A DNA stretch of 43,209 nt from Dirinaria sp. TL-2023a. Taxonomy: Eukaryota. The translations under genes were made by a program, and so were the position numbers. Positions 36,446 to 43,209 of the stretch are shown piece by piece (position 1 is the stretch's first letter; every line of letters starts with the position of its first letter). The notes under the pieces are model-generated. The model was not told where the DNA came from. It saw only the letters and a list, made by a program, of their open reading frames with translations, and did not search any database. The stretch spans positions 1 through 43,209 of the forward strand of contig JAVEBF010000033.1 in the NCBI GenBank assembly GCA_051941275.1, in the 5' to 3' direction.

Positions 36446-37450
36446 ATGCCGTCGGCAGTCGAGCACGGGACCGAAAAGCCCCGCAGAGAGGGGAATCAGG
36501 GCAATCAGGCCATTCAGGGCAGTCAGGAGACCGAAACAGCTGGTCCGGGAGGAGCACGTTTTTCGCAAGAAGACGAAGCTGTGAGCCGCATGCGAGCCGT
36601 GAACTAGCCCTTACACAATTTGACCATCTGCACAGACACTACTCGGTCAGTCGAACGCGCAGAAAGCCGAGGCCAACAAATTTTTCGGGTCCGCCCAATA
36701 TTCCCAGGCGATTGGTGAATACGACAAGGCGCTCTCCTCGTGCCCCAACTACCTCGACTACGAGGTCGCTGTGCTGAAGAGCAACATTTCGGCATGCCAC
36801 CTCAAGCTGGCCGATTGGAAAGCAGCTATCGAATCTGCGTCAGCGGCCCTGGATGCGCTGGATAGGCTGACGCCGAAGAAGCCGGACACCAAAAATCCCA
36901 CTGAAGAAGGACCCGACAATGTGGTTGAGGTGGAGGGTGATGACGACGAAGTTCAAGAAGAGTTGGCCAGGCTGGAACTAAGTGATCAGCGAAAGGAGGA
37001 CATTAGAAGGATCAGAGCCAAAGCACTGATGCGGAGAGCCAGAGCCAGGACTGAGGAAGACGGTTGGGGCAATTTGCAGGGCGCGGAAGAAGGTATGCAG
37101 CTTTCAGGAGAGGAATTCTACCGGATCTTCCTAACGCTCGCTGCCCTTCAGATTATAGACAGCTTGCAGCCATGGCCAACTTGCCCGCACAGGATAAGAA
37201 GATTGTGCAGCAAGCACTATCCACATTACCTGCGCGCATCAATGCAGCAAAGGAGAAGGAGATGGGAGACATGATGGGCAAGCTGAAGGAGGCATGTTTG
37301 ATTGAAATCGCTGCACCGAATGCAATGTTAACGTGTAGCCAGCTTGGGAACGGGATCCTGAAGCCTTTTGGTCTATCTACCGATAATTTCAAGATGACCA
37401 AAGACGAGTCGACCGGAGGTTACAACATGAGTTTCGATCAGGGAAAGTAG
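36446..37450 (+). CDS. Tetratricopeptide repeat protein (TTC1-like)
   Basis: Exons 36446-36580, 36636-37092, 37152-37291 and 37343-37450; the last intron is GC-AG. Motifs KAEANKFF..A..EYDKALSSCP, SNISACHLKL, KALMRRARA and MMGKLKE|LGNGILKPFGLSTDNF. Confidence 0.9.
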
Positions 37451-38453
37451 GGGCAACATAATTCTTAGTGGGCATCGCCACAGTATGCTCCTCACCAAGA
37501 ATGATACAAATAATGAGTAACTAATCGACTAATCTTTAGGCCAAAAGTTAAAGAGCAGACCTATGCACCAGCCTCTGTCTATAGTGAGGTCGTCAATCCC
37601 AGCCAGCAGCTATAGATCCATTCAGCGGGATGGGGCAAGAAGTAATGGGGCAAGAAGCCAATCCCGTCGGGGATGACTCTCGAGGGCGCATTTTACATCC
37701 TACAGTAGTTTGATGCTACTTCTCAACGAGACATTGTTTTCACCGTGCATACGGAACATGATGTACAAAGAAATTCTGGAGTCGCATTCATAAGGACTTA
37801 ACTAACATGCAGGCTGGGTATCTATCTAATGCATCAGTGCACGCTTGCAAGGCAAGCTGGCTGAATCAAAGGAGAACAACAAGCTCTCTATCGCACGAAG
37901 CAACTCTCCGTGACTGAGGTCCATCTGTCAAAGCCACAACGTGTCCACCTTAAGCGTGAGCGACAGGTTACCGCAGTATGGTACAGAGTTTCCCCGCAAG
38001 CAATGCACGAATCTGGAGTATCAAGAGCTTGTACGAAGGCTGGGGTCCGAAGCATAGCTGGCTCTACATTCCTTGCCGGCTATGCGTGGACCCATTGAAG
38101 CGGTCGTCATGCAAATGACCCGCGTCTAAGGATACTGTTGTAACAGCTCTTAGGTTGTTGTTGTTGTAGTAGGTCGCAGGCTGCACAACTGACTGAGACG
38201 TCTTAAAGATGTATTCGTAATGATCCATGAGCTCCGTCGCTATGCAAACCAAAGAAAAACAAACAAGAAAAAAGGAGATTGTTCGTCAGATGTGGGGTAG
38301 CCTCAAAGTGCGGCCTGAAACGAGTGTGAGCAGTGTTGTGCAACCGTTTTCTGCGCTGTCCAGCAGCAAATAAATTGATCCGGGCAGAAGTGATCGAGGC
38401 CACGAACCGGTCGTGGGCATTTTTCCTTGATTAAGGTCGGGCTAGACGCAGGT

Positions 38454-40820
38454 TTAGTAGCCGCTGCGTCCGGGCTGGTAGTCTTCGTCGTCCTGGCCAT
38501 TGTCGCTAAAACCACTCAAGCCAGCAGCGATGCTATCGTTGTCTATTTCCGTGGAGGAGTTGTAGACATCGTTCCGAAGGCGTGGTTGAAAACCTGAGGC
38601 CGATCGATGATTCTGCATCGCACGTCGAGAAACGGATTGTGCTCCGCGACGCTCTTTCTCGAGTTCGCTCATATCCACCATTTCATTGCGCTCGTTGAGT
38701 TGGTACTTCGAGCTCTTCTTCGTCCTTTTGGCCGGTGGTCCGCGATAGGTAAGATCAGCCGAGTCTTCAGAACTAATCTGGCGGGCAGGAGCCTGTCTCG
38801 TTCTCTTAACGGCACTGGGGTAGGCAGGAGCTGGGGATGAGTAGGGTGCAGCGCCATATTCATCCCAAGCGCCCTCGTCCTCTTCGTACTCCCCATCGTC
38901 ATACTCATTGTAAGCTTCGTCTTCCATTTCGCTCTTTAGACTCTGACCGACATGCTTCTTTGCCTTCGCCTTCGCCAAGGCTTTTCGGCCTTGCTCAATT
39001 GCCTCTTTCTTTCCTTGGTTGACCTTTCGGTTGTTGATAACACGCTAGAAGAAGATAATCAGGTCCCGCCTATCGAAATCAAGAAGATCAAGGACTCACC
39101 ATGGCAGCTAAATTAGGATCATCGACAACTTGGTAGAGGTAGGGCGCTTCCATCAGGTGCTTGCACATTGTCTTCTGTTGCTATTATGTGCTATGTTAGC
39201 CCTCCCACATCATCTCGTACTGGGCAAGACCTCTTACCTTAAAAGCTTCGCAGATGGCATCCACGCGATCATCCAACGTCTCATAGTGATGTTGAGGCTT
39301 GACACTATGTTGCAATGGAGTGCTGATGTTCTGCGAAACGTAGCAAGCGTTCTGAAAATACTTAGTATCTAGTACTAGGATGCCTCCATTATCTTGGGAC
39401 TTACCAGAACCTTCCTACACACAAGCTGTAATTTTGGTCGGTCCTTTCGTAGAGCCTTCCAAGTCCTCTTCATGCCCTCATTATCCTGTGCATGGTCTTC
39501 TTCCATCATGGCGTAATAGATTCTTTCTAGGCGTAGCCGGTCTTCTTCATCTCGGAAGATTGGGTCTGGCTCCAAGTCTGCAAGAGTTCTATTATCAGGA
39601 CTATCTGCCATGTACGTGCCACTGTGCTGCTCTCTGAGGGACTGGAAATTCAGCTCCGGAGATGGGGCTTCACGTTTCAACGCTCCGTACCCCTTCTCTT
39701 TGTACCGTAAATGAACGTTCGGATCGCCACGATACGGTAGCAGATGCGAAGCTGCTTGTCCAATGTGTGCACCATGAACTCGAGTGGCAGAGTCGAGGGA
39801 GCCGTGCTGCGCACTCTGGTAGCTGTCCCCAGACATGAAGGGAGAGTGAGGTAGCGCAGATCGCGCAGCTGCAACGCCGTGCGCTGGCACAAATCCGTGA
39901 GATTGGTGTATTTGCGATTTCCCGCCATAGTAGCCTGATCTCAAGGGATACAGATTACCAAGGGAATCGTATCTACCCAAGTCATGATAAAGTTGAGTTC
40001 CATGTCCCATAGCAACCGATTCCTGGTCGTAAGCCGACTGTACATCATGGTCCGTCTCAAGAGATGGGAATTCAGATCCCTCTTGACTGAGTATTTCATG
40101 CCGTAAATTTGTTGGCTGGTATCTTGGATTATGGCGTCGTGACGCATGAGGAGAGACATTGTGCTGTTGCAAGATGCCTTCCATGCCTCGAGGATTCGAA
40201 GACGCGCGATTTAAAACTCGACCCGACGCTACAGATGTGTCTGGGGAACTCATAGAGTGTGCTCTATCCTCATCAGAGGACACGTCGCCCTGAGAGGACA
40301 TTGTGAGAAGCCTTGAACGCTGTCCCTGTGGTGTCCCTACTCTCGTAGTATTCTGTGGAACGGGTGATGCTTGTTGCCGTTCGCCTTTGTACTGGTAAAC
40401 GTTAGATCCTGAACCCTGATGAGTCAGGAGGTCGCCGGACAGCTCATGACCATTTTCTGTGTTTGATTGCAATTGTATGACCTGAGCGGGTGAAGCTTGG
40501 TTGCGATGCTCGTCGCCGCCGAAGTCCGAGCCCGTAGGGTTAAGCTGATCTTGCGATGTTGGTGGAGCATCCTCATGCTCTTGCGGAATTTTCCCCCCGC
40601 TCTGGTTGGGGTTCTCTATTTTCTCAGTCGGGTTGTCCATAAGGGTAGGAAATTCCTGGTTTCCTAGTTCGAAAGTATCGAGTGATTTGGGTATGTCGTT
40701 GCCGTCATGTAGCCCCGTCATGGCCGCAAGCTCATGTTCTAGAAAGCCAGAAGGATAGCCGAGGTGCAGTTCTCTTGAATCAAAAATGGAGTGCTCCAGA
40801 TCTGATGTGTCACAGTTCAT
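38454..40820 (-). CDS. Hypothetical protein: disordered N- and C-termini around a helical core of unknown function
   Basis: Exons 40820-39405, 39351-39238, 39180-39100 and 39044-38454 join in frame through three canonical 53-57 nt introns. Core: AQDNEGMKRTW..YETLDDRVDAICEAFK|QQKTMCKHLM..VVDDP..|RVINNRKVN. Confidence 0.82.
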
Positions 40821-42063
40821 GATACGGTCAGATTACTCGGGCAATCCGGTGGCCCTGAGTGTTAATAATGTGCGGCCCACCGTTGGGTGATTTCTGCTTC
40901 CAAGCTGTGAAAGGTCCGATTGCGGAGAGAATGGAGTGGAGTGGTAGGAGAGATCTGTTCTGGTTGGCACCCATCAGTGTGTTCCTGATATAAGTATTTG
41001 TTGATCAACTCCTCAACCCTAGTCCACCTCTACCCTTCAGAACCAACAACTGCAGCAATGCACCTTCGCTTGTTCTAATATTGCCACGACGGCAGCCACA
41101 TTATTCGAATGTACGGAAATTTATCAAATGACTGATATCTGTGCAAGAAGATCGATTTGACTTACTTGAGATATCCAGAAGTCGGCCTGAGGTTGCACTA
41201 GGTCTTTTTGGTTTTCGCACTGCAAAGTCACATAATACACGTCAGCGCACGAGCGTCAGCTAAACAGTGCTCAGGGAAGAACAAGATGCACCAGGTTGCG
41301 CTTTTGCGTTCCCCAGGTTCGCGGCTCCCTGCAGCTTTGAATCGAATGCATGCTGTTGCATATTGGTCACGATCTTCAGCTGCTCCGACTTCGAGTGCCC
41401 CATTCAATAGGTTGGTGATGCATTATACTTACCCAGGCTCCAAGTCTAATCACGCATCGATCCAAAGGACTTCCTTTTCGTAATCCAGCTAGGTGACTCG
41501 CAAACCAAAGCCGTTAAATCTGATGCCAATGAACTACTGATCGTAAATGGTGATAGCTGTTCTGCAAATGAAGCAAGTGTGGGAGGAGTATGGATTGAGT
41601 GGAGTAACAAATCAAAAGATGAAGTGGAGAATGTGAGAAAGGTCAAAGAAATAGGCACAGCCCCTCAGCATGAAAAGACAGTGATTGTAAGTGAACGAGG
41701 TGAAGTGGGCCTGCCCACAATGATGTCCAAGTCAGGAGCTATTCATTCCGGTCAGTGAAACATTTTCTTGCCCCAGAACAATAACTTTACCTCGGGAGCC
41801 TCCGGGTCAATGAATGAATGACAATAGTAAGAGTGAGTTACTGAGTTTGCTTATTGTCTCATCGCATTCACAAATGAAGCCTGCTTCGCCTCTATTGTAC
41901 TTTCCGACAATTGAATTGAGAATACGCTACAATGCATGGACTGTAAACCTTATTGACAATTGAATGAGATTCATTCTAGCAATGGCCACGAGGTCTTGCC
42001 TATCTCTTCTCAACACTCATCAGGCGCAGCGGTTGCGATTCACTCTAGGTCCTCTAATATTGA

Positions 42064-42821
42064 CGATGGAGAAGAGGACACACGCTTGTGCACCAAGTTG
42101 ATGCTGTCGAGAGCTATTCAAAAAGAGTCCAGCGTCATCAAGCCGTCTTCGAGCTTTGCAGGTGAAGAATTGGTCTGCGGCTAGAAGCTCAAAACGTTAT
42201 GGGCATGAATCGAGTCGAGGCGTATAAAAGCTTCATTTGGAAGGAACCCTCGCCTCACGACCTCGCATTCTTCGTAGTCGAAGGGCTGAACTATCATTTA
42301 CAGCGACACGACCGCATATTTAGGCACGAATTTGCGAAGAGAAGGCAGCACCTACAACGAGCATTTGCGGTGAAGAACAGGCAAAACGAGCATGCTATCC
42401 GAGTAACAAGAACTCCGTACCGACCTCCAGTACCGACCTCCAGTACCAGACTGAGAGAGACATTCGTGGCCCCAGACCCATTTGCCATTTGGAATACATA
42501 TTATATCATCTCGGTGATATGTTCTAGACCTCAAGCTCTTCTGTTGGACTGAGCCGGATAGGATTGAGTAATACTGTGGCGGATGTATTCGAAGACTTAC
42601 TCCGACTCTTGCCCTGGGAGCTGCCAAGGAAATGGCATTTTTGTGATAAGTGCATTCGGAGCAGCCAATACTTCAGTAAAGATGCGTTCTCAGATGAAAG
42701 GGTCACGATCATGGTCATTGGAGAAGTTCTGAACCTGAGGATCACTGGCTCAGCAGCGGTGGCGGTGGGGTCCGTCCAGGTCGCCGATATAAGCTGTTCT
42801 GGACATGACGGAGATACTTAG
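42064..42821 (+). pseudogene. Possible degraded coding relic
   Basis: Open stretches broken by single in-frame stops (TGA 42163-65, TAG 42525-27) and a 13-nt tandem duplication GTACCGACCTCCA (42417-42442). No family recognised. Confidence 0.25.
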
Positions 42822-43150
42822 GCGAGTAGGCGTGCTAGGGTAAGGCAGGAGGTAAGGCAGGAGGGCAGGCAGGTACCTGAAAATGCGAGCTTTCCGAAAT
42901 CATATCGATGACAAGAAGTAAGTTAAGGCATAGCTTAAAGTACAATACCTTCGCATTTCAGAAGCAATCTCGCGTGTGTATCACCAAATCCAACCCACTC
43001 ACACACACACATACACACCACCTTAAGGTGCTGTGAAAATAATGGGGCTCGTGGTAGGTAGGTGTCAAACAGGGTCATAATACATTTTTTGAATGTACCA
43101 CATCAAAAAGTCTGATGTTGTAAGATTACCTGAATCCAGAGGTGATCTTA

Positions 43151-43209
43151 CTACCAGTTCCTACGGCCTTGGCCCCGAGCTCTGCCTCCCCCACCACCTG
43201 CTCCTCCGC
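43151..43209 (-). CDS. Possible 3' end of a gene entering from the right (Gly/Arg-rich tail)
   Basis: A minus frame reads GGAGGGGGRARGQGRRNW followed by tandem TAG TAA. Confidence 0.4.
   Translation of the reverse strand, partial: GGAGGGGGRARGQGRRNW

Noticed and set aside
41425..41437. ATACTTACCC resembling the U1 snRNA 5' end
   Set aside because: No U1 stem-loops or Sm site follow; more likely the reverse complement of a minus-strand splice donor.

Overview
Gene-dense, intron-rich nuclear DNA from a filamentous ascomycete (Pezizomycotina). A lichen-forming Lecanoromycete is a tentative guess, based only on the secreted-protein family at 12.3-12.9 kb. Manual splicing of short GT/GC-AG introns with CTRAY branch sites gives about 17 genes. 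In order: 3' end of TAF10, a ModF/YDR061W-like twin ABC ATPase, a highly divergent histone H3-like gene, a ferric reductase, an uncharacterised multi-TM protein, a small secreted Cys protein, Ap4A phosphorylase, a Pof10-like F-box protein, RKI1, ULA1, an orphan with 9-aa tandem repeats, an Asi-type RING ligase, HEI10, XAP5/FAM50, a HAD phosphatase, a TTC1-like TPR protein and a conserved hypothetical protein. Three items stand out. (1) An unannotated, heavily base-paired region at about 11.05-12.28 kb whose G-U pairs favour the + strand; it looks like a long structured ncRNA of unknown class. (2) The four-exon H3-like gene, which lacks K4, K9, H113 and helix alpha3. (3) HEI10, which has a GC-donor in-frame intron and several weak donors. 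No tRNA, rRNA, CRISPR array or intact transposon was recognised. All product calls come from motif recognition by eye; no database searches or folding programs were run.
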